A DNA stretch of 64,000 nt, from positions 17,794,001 to 17,858,000 of the forward strand of contig JBHGNT010000009.1 of assembly GCA_043228905.1 (NCBI GenBank), in the 5' to 3' direction. Both the position numbers and the translations under genes were made by a program. The stretch is from Azolla caroliniana. Taxonomy: Eukaryota > Plantae > Polypodiophyta. Positions 49,501 through 62,176 of the stretch are shown piece after piece (the first letter of the stretch is position 1; every line of letters begins with the position of its first letter). The notes beneath the pieces are model-generated. The model made no database searches. It was given only the letters and a program-made list of their open reading frames with translations, and had not been told where the DNA came from.

Positions 49501-51671
49501 CCGAAGTACGGCTCATGTGGCGACACTCCTCCACTAGCAGAAGTCTGATTCTGCAAGTAAATAACCATCCTCACAGCTTCACCCAGTATAACTTTAGCAT
49601 ATGCTTCTCTTCAAGCATTGCCCTAGCCACTTCTTCGATTGTCCGATTCTTCCGCTCGACCACGTCGTTCTGCTGCGGCGTGTATCTACACGAGAATTCA
49701 CGTTTAATTCCTTCCTTTTGTAGATAACTTGTGAACTGGTCGGAGAAGTACTCCTTCCCGCCATCGGACCGTAGGCACATGATCTTACGCCCTGTTTCCC
49801 TTTCCGCAAGGCTTTTCACCTTCAGGAAACACGCGAAGACTTCGCTCTTCTTCGCGATCAAGCACGCCTAGGTATGCCAAGTGAAGCCATAAATGAAGGT
49901 TACGAAGTAACAGCTTCCTCCGATGCTCACATTCTATGCCGGTCCCCACACATCCGAATGGATCAAATCCAGCAGATTTCGACTACATTACGCTCATTGG
50001 GGAATGGAAGTCGGTGTTGCTTCCCTAGTTGGCAGGCTTCGCATACCTGGCCATTCTAGCCGCGAAATTTCAGCAAACCGAAAACAATGTTCTTCCACTA
50101 CATTTCACGAAGTCGTGGGAAGTTGACATGGCCAAACCGCTTGTGTCATAGGTCAATATCCAATTCGACCTTCTGTCCTTTTGCAAACAACGCAGTTCCG
50201 GCTTGGTTGGTGTCGAGGATGAACATCCTCCCTTCACGGCGCCCTTACGCGATTACTTTGCCTTCTTCGATGTAGCACCCAAGGTGCGTGAATCGAACTT
50301 GCATTCCCTGGTCGACGATCTGTCCAACCGACACCAGGTTCTTGGTTATTGTCGAGATGTGTAACACATTCATAAATTTCCCTTTCTGCCCAACATGGCT
50401 AAGGGGAACTTCTCCGACATGTTCGATGGTATGCAGAGTGTCATCTTCGATTTCGACCACTCCTTGCTTTTCCGGTTTCTCCAAATACGAGAACCATTCC
50501 TCATGGCTCTTCATATGATTTGACGCTCCAAAATCAACATACCATACCTCACTTGATTTCGAGGTGTTCACGGCCATTGAATTGGCCTTATGCTTCATTA
50601 CGAAGGCTGGGCCCGTTCCATTTCCAGCTCATTCGGAGCCCTCAGCGTAGTGCGACCTTTGACTCCTCTCTATGTCTCTTCCGCTCGATCCGGCTTTGTC
50701 TGAATCGGCTCTCTTCTTCCAACACTCGCTCTCCCTCTAACCTTTCTTGCCATAGTACCAGCATTCTGTCACGGCCTTCTCTTGCCGGCTTCCAGTGCCG
50801 CCATGACTCCCCCTACTTCCGCAGGGTTCGAAACTGCTTCCGACATTTCTATCATGCCGCACGTTCTGCTCTTTTCAGCCGCCTCCATTGCACGCCGATC
50901 TGCCTCGTCCACCACGACCACGGGCCCTATCTTCCTCCATGTATAGCATCTTGCTGTCAGTGTCCGTACTCGTCGACGCACCCACGTGATTTTCCTCCAC
51001 AAGCAACATCGATTGAAGCTCGAAGAACGAAGGCGTATTCTCCCTTGTGCAGATTGTCGTTCGGAACGCTCCAAACTTTGATGCTAGCCCACCAAGACCA
51101 ACCTGCACCATTTCATCTTCCTCAACGTTCACGTTGACGGAGGCGAGAGAGTCGCAGACTTCCTTGATTCGGGCCGTGTAATCAGCCACAGACAGATCTT
51201 TTTGTCAGACATTGCTGAGCTCTTGCCTGAGTTGCAGCTTCCTAGTTGTTGTACTAGCGGTGAAAATCTTCTTCAGATTCGCCCACGCGTCCTTTGGCGT
51301 CTTGGAATCCCGAATGTAGCTCAAGAGTTGGTTGCTCACACAGGACCCGAAATAGTAAAGAACTCTGCTTGCCGCTTGTTCCAAAGCTGAAAAATCTCTA
51401 TGTGTCAATTCGAGTGTTATATCATTAGCTCCTTCGACATAACTCTAGTGGCCATGACCAAGCAGGTACTGGTGCAGCATGTACGACCAAGATGCATAGT
51501 TGCTCCTGTCGAGCTTCTCAATCGGTAGTGAGCTTCCCATTCCTCTGTCCATATTGTTGTCTTATCCTTTCTAAAAGCAAGAAGGAAAACTCAACTCTGT
51601 CTTTATCGCAAGTTTTTCTGTCGGTTGTAGAGGACTTCAACCCTCGTGCTTTGATACCATGTAAAAAGAGT

Positions 51672-51725
<54 letters not shown>

Positions 51726-52068
51726 AAACGTATGCGTAAGACACTGAGTATGCAATTCAGGAATACGACAGTTCGGTCGACGCAGAGAACACAGAGAGAA
51801 TGAGAGAGACAGAGACAGAGACAGAGAAAGAGCAGACAACGATTCTATACGAGAAAAAATAACACCTTGTACATACTTCATGCTCAGTGAGCACCTTTTA
51901 GACAAGCCCCGACTATTGGGCTGACGCTCATAAATGAGCATCCTACACTTACTCCCAAAATTATTCCTTACGAGGAATAACAATCTAACAACCATGTTGT
52001 GCGTACGGTTTTACGCACCAAGTCTATGCACTAGGTTACACACCGAATGTTGAGCTCGTCTCTCAACA
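46512..52068 (-). mobile_element. Decayed Ty1/copia LTR retrotransposon with truncated 3' LTR
   Basis: 5' LTR 51660-52068, PBS TGGTATCAAAGC 51648-51659, gag/PR/IN/RT (LLYVDDL)/RH fragments, PPT 46750-46757; 3' LTR matches only over ~46512-46749. Confidence 0.92.
46834..51540 (-). pseudogene. Copia gag-pol pseudogene
   Basis: Many short ORF pieces with copia motifs. Confidence 0.9.
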
Positions 52069-52876
52069 ATTTTGAAAGAAAATATTCATAAGAAGGCTCA
52101 CAATGAGAGCTTTCCAAATATATCTTGCTTTTTTAATTTGAGATTACAAAAGAGAAATAGTGATGAAAATAAAAAACGCTTCACATACACAAGCCTTTCT
52201 TAGGGGGAAAACACAAGCAATAGAAAACCTATAAATAAGAGTTTATTCTTAACAAAAAGGGGGGAGAGGACAAGAAGATGCAAAAGCAGAATCTAGCAAC
52301 GATGTATGCATCAATGTGGTGAGTGATTACAATAGCAACATGGGTCTAATTATAATCGCAAAGTGAATTATAGTGGATGTGGGGGGACATTGTCGTGATG
52401 GTCTCGATACAATGTGTGAAACCACCTCGGATAGGAAATAAAATAGTAGTACAAATAAGCCAAAAGGGCCACAAAGATAAACTCATGCAAGGTACATCAA
52501 TGTTTTGAAGTCAACTTTCTTAGTAACAAAAATACTTTTACATTTGTCAAAGAGCATGCCTTATGAATGAAAGGTCATAGGCTTAAATCTTGTAATAAAT
52601 GGTGAAGGATATAAAGTTGGAGGCGGTTTTCAAAAGTAGAAAAATGTGGAAAAAAGCAAAGTGTGGATATAAAGAGCAAGGTAGAGAAAAAAGCTCATGA
52701 CTTCTTCATCCAATATTTAAATTTTGAAAGAAAATATTAATAAGAAAGCTCACATTGAGAGCTTTCCAAATATATCTTGCTTTTTTAATTTGAGATTACA
52801 AAAGAGAAATAGTGATGAAAATAAAAAACGCCTCACATACACAAGCTTTTCTTAGGGGAAAAACACAAGCAATAGA
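52069..52876. repeat. ~155-bp direct repeats (52069-52224 and ~52720-52876) in AT-rich flank; duplicated again at ~60061-60868
   Basis: AATTTTGAAAGAAAATATT..GAGAGCTTTCCAAA..CAAGCAATAGA occurs twice. Confidence 0.8.
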
Positions 52877-53732
52877 TCATAGTATTTCAACAACAATAAT
52901 CAAACTTGGTCTGAATCGGCTCTCTTCTTCCAGCACTCGCTCTCCCTCTAACCTTTCTTGCCATAGTACCAGCATTCTGTCACGGCCTTCTCTTGTCGGC
53001 TTCCAGTGCCGCCATGACTCCCCCTACTTCCGCAGGGTTCGGAACTGCTTCCGACATTTCTATCATGCCGCACGTTCTACTCTTTTCAGCCGCCTCCATT
53101 GCACGCCGATCTGCCTCGTCCACCACGACCACGGGGCCTATCTTCCTCCGTGTATAGCATCTTGCTGTCAGTGTCCGTACTCGTCGACGCACCCACGTGA
53201 TTTTCCTCCACAAGCAACATCGATTGAAGCTCGAAGAACGAAGGCGTATTCTCCCTTGTGCAGATTGTCGTTCGGAACGCTCCAAACTTTGATGCTAGCC
53301 CACCAAGACTATTATAGATCTAGGTACTAACGTAAGCTTAGGATAAGGATAATGAAAAGATAGATAGAAAGGAGAAAGAGAAAGAAGGGTGCCGATCCAC
53401 CCGACCACGCCCGAGCGAAGGGATCGAGACGGACTCGAGCCTCGATCGGTGTCCCATACCACTGTCGTGGCGTCGAGTCGTACCTGGTGCTGGCGCTCGC
53501 TACAAGAGTTGACCCACCACACGAGCAGAGTCTCGATGTAGTCAAAAGATGATCAAATGAGGGTAGCTAGGCCTCTTATTTATAGCGATACCCAAGGCCC
53601 CCAGGCAAGTTCACACTTGACCTAATGGGTTGTCTCAATCCCGAGGATTAAAAGTAATCCTCCCCTTCTTTACACTCTCATTTAACCCTCACACTTATCC
53701 ACGTGTATAGAATACCACGGGATATTATATGG

Positions 53733-56700
53733 TCATGCCCGTAACATACTCCCCCTCTTTAAAACATTGCACTCTTGCAATGGAAAGTTAGGGAAGTTAG
53801 TTCTAAGAGTATTTTCGCGTTCCCATGTGGCATCTTTTATTGATTTATCCATCCATTTTATTTTGAATTCTCGGATTTCTTTAGTACGTAATTTTTTTGT
53901 TTTAACATCGAGAATTCTTTCTGGTAGATGTGGTTTAGTAGATAATTCTTCAGAAGTAACCAGAGTTTCAGTCGTAACTGTATTGTCGCCAGAACCTAGA
54001 AGTTCTTTTAGACGACTCATATGAAAGACTGGATGAATTCCGACACCATCGGGAAGAGCGAGACGATAGGCTGATGACCCAATGCGTTTGAGGACTGTAA
54101 AAGGTCCACAAAACCGTGGGGCTAACTTAGCGCACTTACCCATAGACAATGTCTTAGAATTGTGAGGTACACGTAAAAATACCTTCTGTCCAGGGTTGAA
54201 TACACGAGGTTGCCTATGATGATCGGCATAAAAACGCGCTCTATCTTGAGCTGTTTTTATATTATCTCGTGCAATATGCAACATATCTTGCATATCCCGA
54301 AGAAAGTTTTGCGTACTTCGCAACTCATCATGATGTATATTAACATCAATCGGGGCTCGTGGCTGAAAACCATACATCAACATAAAAGGACTATATCCCG
54401 TCGACGTATGCTTGGAGCTGTTATAAGCAAACTCCAAAATTGGGAGATAACGTTCCCATTTTGTTGGTTTTGCACCAACGTATGCTCGAAGCATGTCCTC
54501 AATAATTTGATTTACTCGTTCTGTCTGTCCATCGGATTGAGGATGATCCGTGGAGCTCATGCTCAACGTAGTTTCTAACTTCTTAAAGACTTGTGTCCAG
54601 AAGTCACTAGTAAACTTTGGATCTCGATCACTCACGATATCCATCGGTAACCCATAAAAACGAAACAATTCGTCAACGAATTGGTAAGCCAATTCAGGAG
54701 CTGTTACCGTGGTTTTAGTAGCAATAAATCTGGCCATTTTAGTTAGTCGATCAACGACAACCCAGATGGCATCATGACCTTTTTGAGTGCGAGGAAGGCT
54801 AACAATAAAATCCATGGATATACTTTCCCACTTATTATTGGGAATGTCCAAGGGATGTAAAAGTCCTGCGGCTTTAAGTCGCTCGGCTTTGTTAACCTGA
54901 CACTGGTGACATTTAGTCACATAGCTATGTATGTCAGGACGCATCTTAGGCCAATAAAATTGAGTGGAGATGAGAACGAGTGTACGATGTATTCCAGGGT
55001 GCCCTACTGAGGGTGCATCATGGCATTCAAAAAGAATCCTCTTTTTGACCTCGGGTAAATCTGGAACACAAACCTTCCCATTACGGTAGAGCAAACCGTT
55101 AGCAATGTGGAAGTATTCCTTCGAGGATGTAGTGGTGTCTGTTCCAGACTCAACTCTTGCCCAGTATTTTGCAAAATAACTGTCATCAGGATACTTTCCT
55201 CGAAGGTGATCATAAAGATCTGATGATATTTCAGTGAAGCTAAGCGTGTTAACTTCACGGATGCGACTTAGTGCATCAGCGACAATGTTCATGGAACCTT
55301 TACGATATCGTATGGAAAAATCAAAGTCCTGGATGAGATCAGCCCATCGTGCCTTACGACCTTTCAGGTCTTGTTGGTCACAAAAATATTTCAAGGACTC
55401 GTGGTCCGTAGTTACCACAAAGTGATTTCCATAAAGATAATGGCGCCATGTTTTGAGCGCATGTATAACTGCAAATAATTCCTTTTCTTGAACGGTATAC
55501 CGACATTGAGCAGAATCAAGTTTCTTACTCTCGAATGCTATTGGTTTACCATCTTGATACAAGACAGCACCTATAGCATAATCGCTTGCATCGGTTTCAA
55601 CCTCAAAAGGTTTTGAAGGATCAGGTAAAAGAAGTGAAGGAGCCTTGCAAACTAGGTCCTTGAGTTCCTTAAATGCAAGGTCTAGTGTAGCATTCCACAC
55701 AATAGGTTTTGTAGACTTACGCGTTTGACCTTTTAAAATATCAGTAAACGGCATCGTCAATTGGGAGTAATTACGAAGAGACTTTCGCAAAAACCCCACA
55801 AAACCAAGGAATGATCGAACTTCTCGAATATTCCGAAGAGTGGGCCAAAGCTTGATTTTCTCAATGCGAGAAGGATCAATTTCAACTCCTCGTTCGGTTA
55901 TGAGATGTCCTAGATAAGTAATTGATTTCTTGAAGAACTCACATTTTGAGATCTTCGCATAAAACTGTTTGTCACGCAATGTTTGTAAAACAAAGCGGAC
56001 ATGTCTAGCATGTTCTTGTAATGTACGGCTATAAACTAAAATATCATCCAAGAAAATAACGACAAATTTTCCAAGTTGTTCTCGGAAAATGTCATTCATT
56101 TCTTGTTGAAAAGTAGCCGGAGCATTGGTCAAACCAAAAGGCATAACCAAAAACTCGTAATGGCCATAGCGCGTACGAAATGCCGTTTTAGGAACATCGT
56201 CCTCACTTATTCGTATTTGATGGTAGCCAGTACGGAGATCAAGTTTCGTAAAATACCGAGCTCCCTGGAGACGGTCAATTAGATCGTCAGCCCGGGGCAA
56301 TGGATACGAATTCTTGATCGTCACTTTATTCAAGCGTCGGTAATTAATACACATACGCCATGTGCCCTCTTTCTTTTTAACCAAGAGAACTGGTGCACCC
56401 CATGGAGATTTACTATAACGTATATAACCCATTCGTAAATAGTCCTTGAGTTGCTTAGATACCTCATCTTCTTCGGATCGACTTAAGCGATACGGAGGTA
56501 TACTTATTGGTGCAACACCAGGTACAATATCTATACAATGGTCTATATTACGTTTAGGAGGTAACCCATCAGGTAGTTCACTTGGAAAAACATCATGAAA
56601 ATCATTTAAGATTTCATCAAGTTGTTGTTGTTCAAAATATGTTAATTGAATCGGGACATTATCGATATTGTAAACGTGAATGTCCGGATCAAGTACACAA

Positions 56701-57782
56701 TAAAATAACGTAGAACAAGACAACTCGGATATTGATGGACACGAGGAAACAATCGAGAGGGATTGTTTTTTTACACATTGAATAAACTGCGTACAATCGT
56801 TCAGTACAAAAGAAATGGAATGACGAACCCAATCAATAAATAAAGAAGAGTTTTTATTATAAAACCAAGGATAACCCAGTATTACATCGGTGGTACAAAG
56901 ATTCATTACATGGAAGTCTACTTCCTCTATATAAGTATCAATAGAAATTCCTAATGAATGAATCGCCCCGTTGATGTATTGTACTCTTCCATCAGCCAAG
57001 TGCACCGTGTAGGTGTGATCACTTACGGTGGGTTGGATTCCCCATATCTGAACCAAACGATCATTCACAAAATTGTGTGAGCTTCCCGAATCAAATAAAA
57101 ATTGTACGGGAGATCCATTGATATACCCGTTTGCACGTAGTAAATCATTGGGACCCAATACATAGTGAGGGAAAGAACATTGACAATTACTTAAATGATG
57201 TGTATAGACCTGAAGGACATTAGGAATCTGACCTTTATGGTCTGCAGCTTTAGCTTTGTTGTCGTGCTCTTTCCGTTGGAGCTTTCGACATTGATCTTTT
57301 GTATGACCCTTCTTTTTGCAGAATACACAAAAAGGATGTTGTCGCTTACAATCGCGATCCAGGAATTCGTTGGGTGTCTTGCGTTTCCCAACAAATTGCA
57401 ACTGCTTAGTCCCGGGCGCCTCGTTGGGTTTGTTATGGTCCTTCTTCGAAGTGCGTTGATAGCGAAGAACTATTTCAACGGCCTCTTCGAAGGATTTTGG
57501 ATCCTTATCGTGCACTATCCAGTGATAGTCCGAATTGGGGATGCCATTGAGAAAACAAGCTATCAACCAATTGTCCCCTTCTAGACCCGATTTTTGGATT
57601 TGGGTTCTAGCATGGTGAACATAGTCTTCTAGTGAGGAAAATTTCCTGCTAGAGAGGTTCATTAAAGCTTGTGCTGCCTCGGTTCGAGAGGGAGGTTGCA
57701 GAAATTGGCCCTTAAAAACCGTGACAAAATCTGTCCAGGTATCTGTCCAGGCAATTTCCCCATAGTACGGAGGCCACGCCAC
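53733..57782 (-). CDS. Gypsy gag(C-terminal)-pol polyprotein with chromodomain (1349-codon ORF; true N-terminus frameshifted)
   Basis: [14 protein letters not shown] knuckle, [10 protein letters not shown] protease, [24 protein letters not shown] RNase H, HHCC plus DDE integrase, GPF motif, PERIL..FKIKW....DATWE chromodomain. Confidence 0.93.
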   Translation of the reverse strand: MAWPPYYGEIAWTDTWTDFVTVFKGQFLQPPSRTEAAQALMNLSSRKFSSLEDYVHHARTQIQKSGLEGDNWLIACFLNGIPNSDYHWIVHDKDPKSFEEAVEIVLRYQRTSKKDHNKPNEAPGTKQLQFVGKRKTPNEFLDRDCKRQHPFCVFCKKKGHTKDQCRKLQRKEHDNKAKAADHKGQIPNVLQVYTHHLSNCQCSFPHYVLGPNDLLRANGYINGSPVQFLFDSGSSHNFVNDRLVQIWGIQPTVSDHTYTVHLADGRVQYINGAIHSLGISIDTYIEEVDFHVMNLCTTDVILGYPWFYNKNSSLFIDWVRHSISFVLNDCTQFIQCVKKQSLSIVSSCPSISELSCSTLFYCVLDPDIHVYNIDNVPIQLTYFEQQQLDEILNDFHDVFPSELPDGLPPKRNIDHCIDIVPGVAPISIPPYRLSRSEEDEVSKQLKDYLRMGYIRYSKSPWGAPVLLVKKKEGTWRMCINYRRLNKVTIKNSYPLPRADDLIDRLQGARYFTKLDLRTGYHQIRISEDDVPKTAFRTRYGHYEFLVMPFGLTNAPATFQQEMNDIFREQLGKFVVIFLDDILVYSRTLQEHARHVRFVLQTLRDKQFYAKISKCEFFKKSITYLGHLITERGVEIDPSRIEKIKLWPTLRNIREVRSFLGFVGFLRKSLRNYSQLTMPFTDILKGQTRKSTKPIVWNATLDLAFKELKDLVCKAPSLLLPDPSKPFEVETDASDYAIGAVLYQDGKPIAFESKKLDSAQCRYTVQEKELFAVIHALKTWRHYLYGNHFVVTTDHESLKYFCDQQDLKGRKARWADLIQDFDFSIRYRKGSMNIVADALSRIREVNTLSFTEISSDLYDHLRGKYPDDSYFAKYWARVESGTDTTTSSKEYFHIANGLLYRNGKVCVPDLPEVKKRILFECHDAPSVGHPGIHRTLVLISTQFYWPKMRPDIHSYVTKCHQCQVNKAERLKAAGLLHPLDIPNNKWESISMDFIVSLPRTQKGHDAIWVVVDRLTKMARFIATKTTVTAPELAYQFVDELFRFYGLPMDIVSDRDPKFTSDFWTQVFKKLETTLSMSSTDHPQSDGQTERVNQIIEDMLRAYVGAKPTKWERYLPILEFAYNSSKHTSTGYSPFMLMYGFQPRAPIDVNIHHDELRSTQNFLRDMQDMLHIARDNIKTAQDRARFYADHHRQPRVFNPGQKVFLRVPHNSKTLSMGKCAKLAPRFCGPFTVLKRIGSSAYRLALPDGVGIHPVFHMSRLKELLGSGDNTVTTETLVTSEELSTKPHLPERILDVKTKKLRTKEIREFKIKWMDKSIKDATWERENTLRTNFPNFPLQECNVLKRGSMLRA

Positions 57783-58171
57783 CAGGCGGCGGCCTTACCC
57801 CCGAGTTCTCGGCCGACATATGCAATCTTCGTACTATCTGGCGTGGGATAGAGCTCAAAATGAGACTCCCATCGTCCCAGCCATGTGCAGATTGCTTCTT
57901 CGGTTCCTTCCTTTTTGTCTCCCGTAAATGGCTTAACGACAAATGATGGTTCACCTTGTCGCTCATCAGGTCTATTAGTCTCACGTTGTAGACTAATGAC
58001 ACGTGCCTCAAGAGCACTCTGAGATTGCCGAAGTTCGGTCATCTGTTGAGCGGTGAAACTAAGGTATTGGGTTATTTGTGCCAAATACATCTCAGTGGAC
58101 ATTTGTCCAGGAGGATTCCCTTGAGTTCCTTCCGCTTGAGCGGATGACATCGGGTCGTTAATTTGAGCCAT
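57662..58171 (-). CDS. Gypsy gag N-terminal part, frameshifted relative to the rest near 57745
   Basis: [19 protein letters not shown] gag motif continues as TWTDFVTVF in the other frame. Confidence 0.82.
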   Translation of the reverse strand: MAQINDPMSSAQAEGTQGNPPGQMSTEMYLAQITQYLSFTAQQMTELRQSQSALEARVISLQRETNRPDERQGEPSFVVKPFTGDKKEGTEEAICTWLGRWESHFELYPTPDSTKIAYVGRELGGKAAAWWRGLRTMGKLPGQIPGQILSRFLRANFCNLPLEPRQHKL

Positions 58172-59076
58172 TAAAGATTATTTCTGGAAAAGAAATAGGA
58201 TAAGGTCAGAGATATAGTCATAACATCATGTCGTGATGTAAACATATCATGGGCGAGCATTAATCGATATCATTATCTCACGTCAATACCCCTCTAGACG
58301 TATGAGATGAGGTTCAAGATCAGGTTACTATGGTAACACAAAGGTGTTTTAAAAACCATGGGGGTGACAAATAAATGTCTTTCCCTGATCTCTATATCAA
58401 TTTTTTCATGGTGGCTCCCCGAGGCTCAACCATGTATGTTCGCGTCATGAATAGTTTATACACGAAAAAAATGTTAACAATAAACTATGTTTCGGTGCCC
58501 ACATAAGTGGTTTCGGCTCTTTAAGTCCTATTACGAGGACCCCGACGTGCACTTAGACCTTAAGTCTAAACATGTGTTATAGTCATATGTATCAAGGATG
58601 TTGTATGGTCTTGGTACCAAATATTATAGATCTAGGTACTAACGTAAGCTTAGGATAAGGATAATGAAAAGATAGATAGAAAGGAGAAAGAGAAAGAAGG
58701 GTGCCGATCCACCCGACCACCCCCGAGCGAAGGGATCGAGACGGACTCGAGCCTCGATCGGCGTCCCATACCACCGCCGTGGCGTCGAGTCGTACCTGGT
58801 GCTGGCGCGCTCGCTACAAGAGTTGACCCACCACACGAGCAGAGTCTCGATGTAGTCAAAAGATGATCAAATGAGGGTAGCTAGGCCTCTTATTTATAGC
58901 GATACCCAAGGCCCCCAGGCAAGTTCACACTTGACCTAATGGGTTGTCTCAATCCCGAGGATTAAAAGTAATCCTCCCCTTCTTTACACTCTCATTTAAC
59001 CCTCACACTTATCCACGTGTATAGAATACTACGGTAAATTCTTACCACGGGATATTATATGGTCATGCCCGTAACA

Positions 59077-59654
59077 AAGACCAACCTGCACCATTTCATC
59101 TTCCTCAACGTTCACGTTGACGGAGGCGAGAGAGTCGCAGACTTCCTTGATTCGGGCCGTGTAATCAGCCACAGACAGATCTTTTTGTCAGACATTGCTG
59201 AGCTCTTGCCTGAGTTGCAGCTTCCTAGCTGTTGTACTAGCGGTGAAAATCTTCTTGAGATTCGCCCACGCGTCCTTTGGCGTCTTGGAATCCCGAATGT
59301 AGCTCAAGAGTTGGTTGCTCACACAGGACCCGAAATAGTAAAGAACTCTGCTTGCCGCTTGTTCCAAAGCTGAAAAATCTCTATGTGTCAATTCGAGTGT
59401 TATATCATTAGCTCCTTCGACATAACTCTAGTGGCCATGACCAAGCAGGTACTGGTGCAGCATGTACGACCAAGATGCATAGGTGCTCCTGTCGAGCTTC
59501 TCAATCGGTAGTGAGCTTCCCATTCCTCTGTCCATATTGTTGTCTTATCCTTTCTAAAAGCAAGAAGGAAAACTCAACTCTGTCTTTATCGCAAGTTTTT
59601 CTGTCGGTTGTAGAGGACTTCAACCCTCGCGCTTTGATACCATGTAAAAAGAGT

Positions 59655-59718
<64 letters not shown>

Positions 59719-60060
59719 AAACGTATGCGTAAGACACTGAGTATGCAATTCAGGAATACGACAGTTCGGTCGACGCAGAGAACACAGAGAGAATGAGAGA
59801 GACAGAGACAGAGACAGAGAAAGAGCAGACAACGATTCTATACGAGAAAAAATAACACCTTGTACATACTTCATGCTCAGTGAGCACCTTTTAGACAAGC
59901 CCCGACTATTGGGCTGACGCTCATAAATGAGCATCCTACACTTACTCCCAAAATTATTCCTTACGAGGAATAACAATCTAACAACCATGTTGTGCGTACG
60001 GTTTTACGCACCAAGTCTATGCACTAGGTTACTCACCGAATGTTGAGCTCGTCTCTCAAC
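59077..60060 (-). mobile_element. Duplicated copia 5' end (gag fragment, PBS, LTR ~59643-60060); continues at 52910-53309
   Basis: Near-identical to 51093-52068. Confidence 0.9.
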
Positions 60061-61190
60061 AATTTTGAAAGAAAATATTCATAAGAAGGCTCACAATGAG
60101 AGCTTTCCAAATATATCTTGCTTTTTTAATTTGAGATTACAAAAGAGAAATAGTGATGAAAATAAAAAACGCTTCACATACACAAGCCTTTCTTAGGGGG
60201 AAAACACAAGCAATAGAAAACCTATAAATAAGAGTTTATTCTTAACAAAAAGGGGGGAGAGGACAAGAAGATGCAAAAGCAGAATCTAGCAACGATGTAT
60301 GCATCAATGTGGTGAGTGATTACAATAGCAACATGGGTCTAATTATAATCGCAAAGTGAATTATAGTGGATGTGGGGGGACATTGTCGTGATGGTCTCGA
60401 TACAATGTGTGAAACCACCTCGGATAGGAAATAAAATAGTAGTACAAATAAGCCAAAAGGGCCACAAAGATAAACTCATGCAAGGTACATCAATGTTTTG
60501 AAGTCAACTTTCTTAGTAACAAAAATACTTTTACATTTGTCAAAGAGCATGCCTTATGAATGAAAGGTCATAGGCTTAAATCTTGTAATAAATGGTGAAG
60601 GATATAAAGTTGGAGGCGGTTTTCAAAAGTAGAAAAATGTGGAAAAAAGCAAAGTGTGGATATAAAGAGCAAGGTAGAGAAAAAAGCTCATGACTTCTTC
60701 ATCCAATATTTAAATTTTGAAAGAAAATATTAATAAGAAAGCTCACATTGAGAGCTTTCCAAATATATCTTGCTTTTTTAATTTGAGATTACAAAAGAGA
60801 AATAGTGATGAAAATAAAAAACGCCTCACATACACAAGCCTTTCTTAGGGGAAAAACACAAGCAATAGATCATAGTATTTCAACAACAATAATCAAACTT
60901 GGAGCAAACGAGCAGACGCTAGATACTGAGACGAGCAGAGGAGAAGGAACGATTATGAGGTGAGGAGAGAGGAGTAGAGGAGCAGAGGAGCAGGAATGGT
61001 GGACGGGGATGGCGGGGATGAGAGGAGCGACGGCAGTAGGGGGGGCATCAAACAACATCTCAGAAGCATCGGAGGTTGTACGAACAACAACACGAAACTC
61101 TCTTACCAACAAGGGGATGCAGGTATGTGAGGATCAAAACTCTAATGGTTATGATGATGATCTAGAACAAGGGATAGATGGGATGAATAG

Positions 61191-61482
61191 TGTTACAGGC
61201 ATGACCATATAATATCTCGTGATGAGAATTTACTATAGTATTCTATACACGTGGATAAGTGTGAGGGTTAAACGAGAGTGTACAGAAGGGGAGGATAATG
61301 AAATGAGGGTAGCTAGGCCTCTATTTATAGGGAGACCCAAGGCCCCCAGCCATGTTCACACTTGGCCTAATGGGTTGTCTCAATCCCGAGGATTTAAAAG
61401 TAATCCTACCCTTCTTTACACTCTCATTTAACCCTCACACTTATCCACGTATATAGAATACTATGGTAAATTCTCACCATGG
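61191..61482. repeat. Fold-back (inverted) derivative of the chromovirus LTR
   Basis: 61191-61296 is the LTR 5' end in + orientation and ~61300-61482 is the LTR in - orientation; 80-bp inverted arms at 61217-61296 and 61403-61482. Confidence 0.85.
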
Positions 61483-62136
61483 TGTCGTGAAGAAAACCGT
61501 CCCTTAGCGCAATCGGGGCATAGCGCGTGTGAACCGGCTCTTCACTCGTGCGCGCCCTTTAATGTATATAATAGAGAATTAAGTACAAAGGCATATCCTA
61601 GGTAGTTAGATTCGGTAGGTAGGAAGTTAATGAGGGAGACGGCTCCCTTCTTAAAGCTATAAAAGAGAGGGAGACGCGAGGAGAAAGGGATCACGCTTTG
61701 AGGAGGACGAAGTGCTGTCGGACCGAAACCGAACGCTTCTCCTCTATTCGTTCTCCATCGCTCTTCTCTGCAGGTTTTCGGGAGGCTCGCGCTGCTTCGA
61801 GGAACGCCTGTGTGCTTCCGGCAGCACCTCCATCCTTTCCCCTTTCGTGCGCAGACGAGTAGGCATCGGCATCTGTTCGCCGGCCTGTTCGGTTGTAACC
61901 GCTCGAATGCTCTGTCGTTTATTTGTCATTCGTTAATATATAAACATTCGTGTCTCTCTGTCTCTGTGTCCATTCATGTCTTCTGCGTTGACGGGCCGTG
62001 TCCCTGTGTTTCTTTGCTCATACGTAACCGGGCGTCTCTCTCTTTCTCTTTCCCCTTCTATCACCTGCTCTTCGGTTCAAGACCCCGGTGGTCCCGCCTC
62101 GTTTCTCCACGCACGCGCGTAGTAACGTGATATATT

Positions 62137-62154
62137 TGGTGAACCCGACGTGAA
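62137..62154 (+). promoter_or_regulatory. Primer binding site (tRNA-Trp, 18 nt)
   Basis: Complement of the plant tRNA-Trp 3' end UUCACGUCGGGUUCACCA. Confidence 0.9.
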
Positions 62155-62176
62155 CAAGGCGGCAGAGGAGCAGAAG

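Larger units (their letters stand above)
53310..59076 (-). mobile_element. Near-intact Ty3/gypsy chromovirus
   Basis: LTRs 53310-53746 and 58622-59076, 5-bp TSD AAGAC, PPT 53749-53757, gag-PR-RT-RH-IN-chromodomain order. Confidence 0.96.
50699..60902. repeat. 2.2-kb tandem duplication (copy 1 50699-52909; copy 2 52910-60902, interrupted by the chromovirus)
   Basis: Copia gag 5' end, LTR and flank repeated nearly identically. Confidence 0.93.

Noticed and set aside
43922-59988. HT/SL/CV/RE-repeat ORFs
   Set aside because: Translations of (GT)n and (GA)n microsatellites in LTRs.
60870-61212. Possible host exon in the purine-rich flank
   Set aside because: Short low-complexity ORFs with no recognisable domain or splice structure; cannot be supported.
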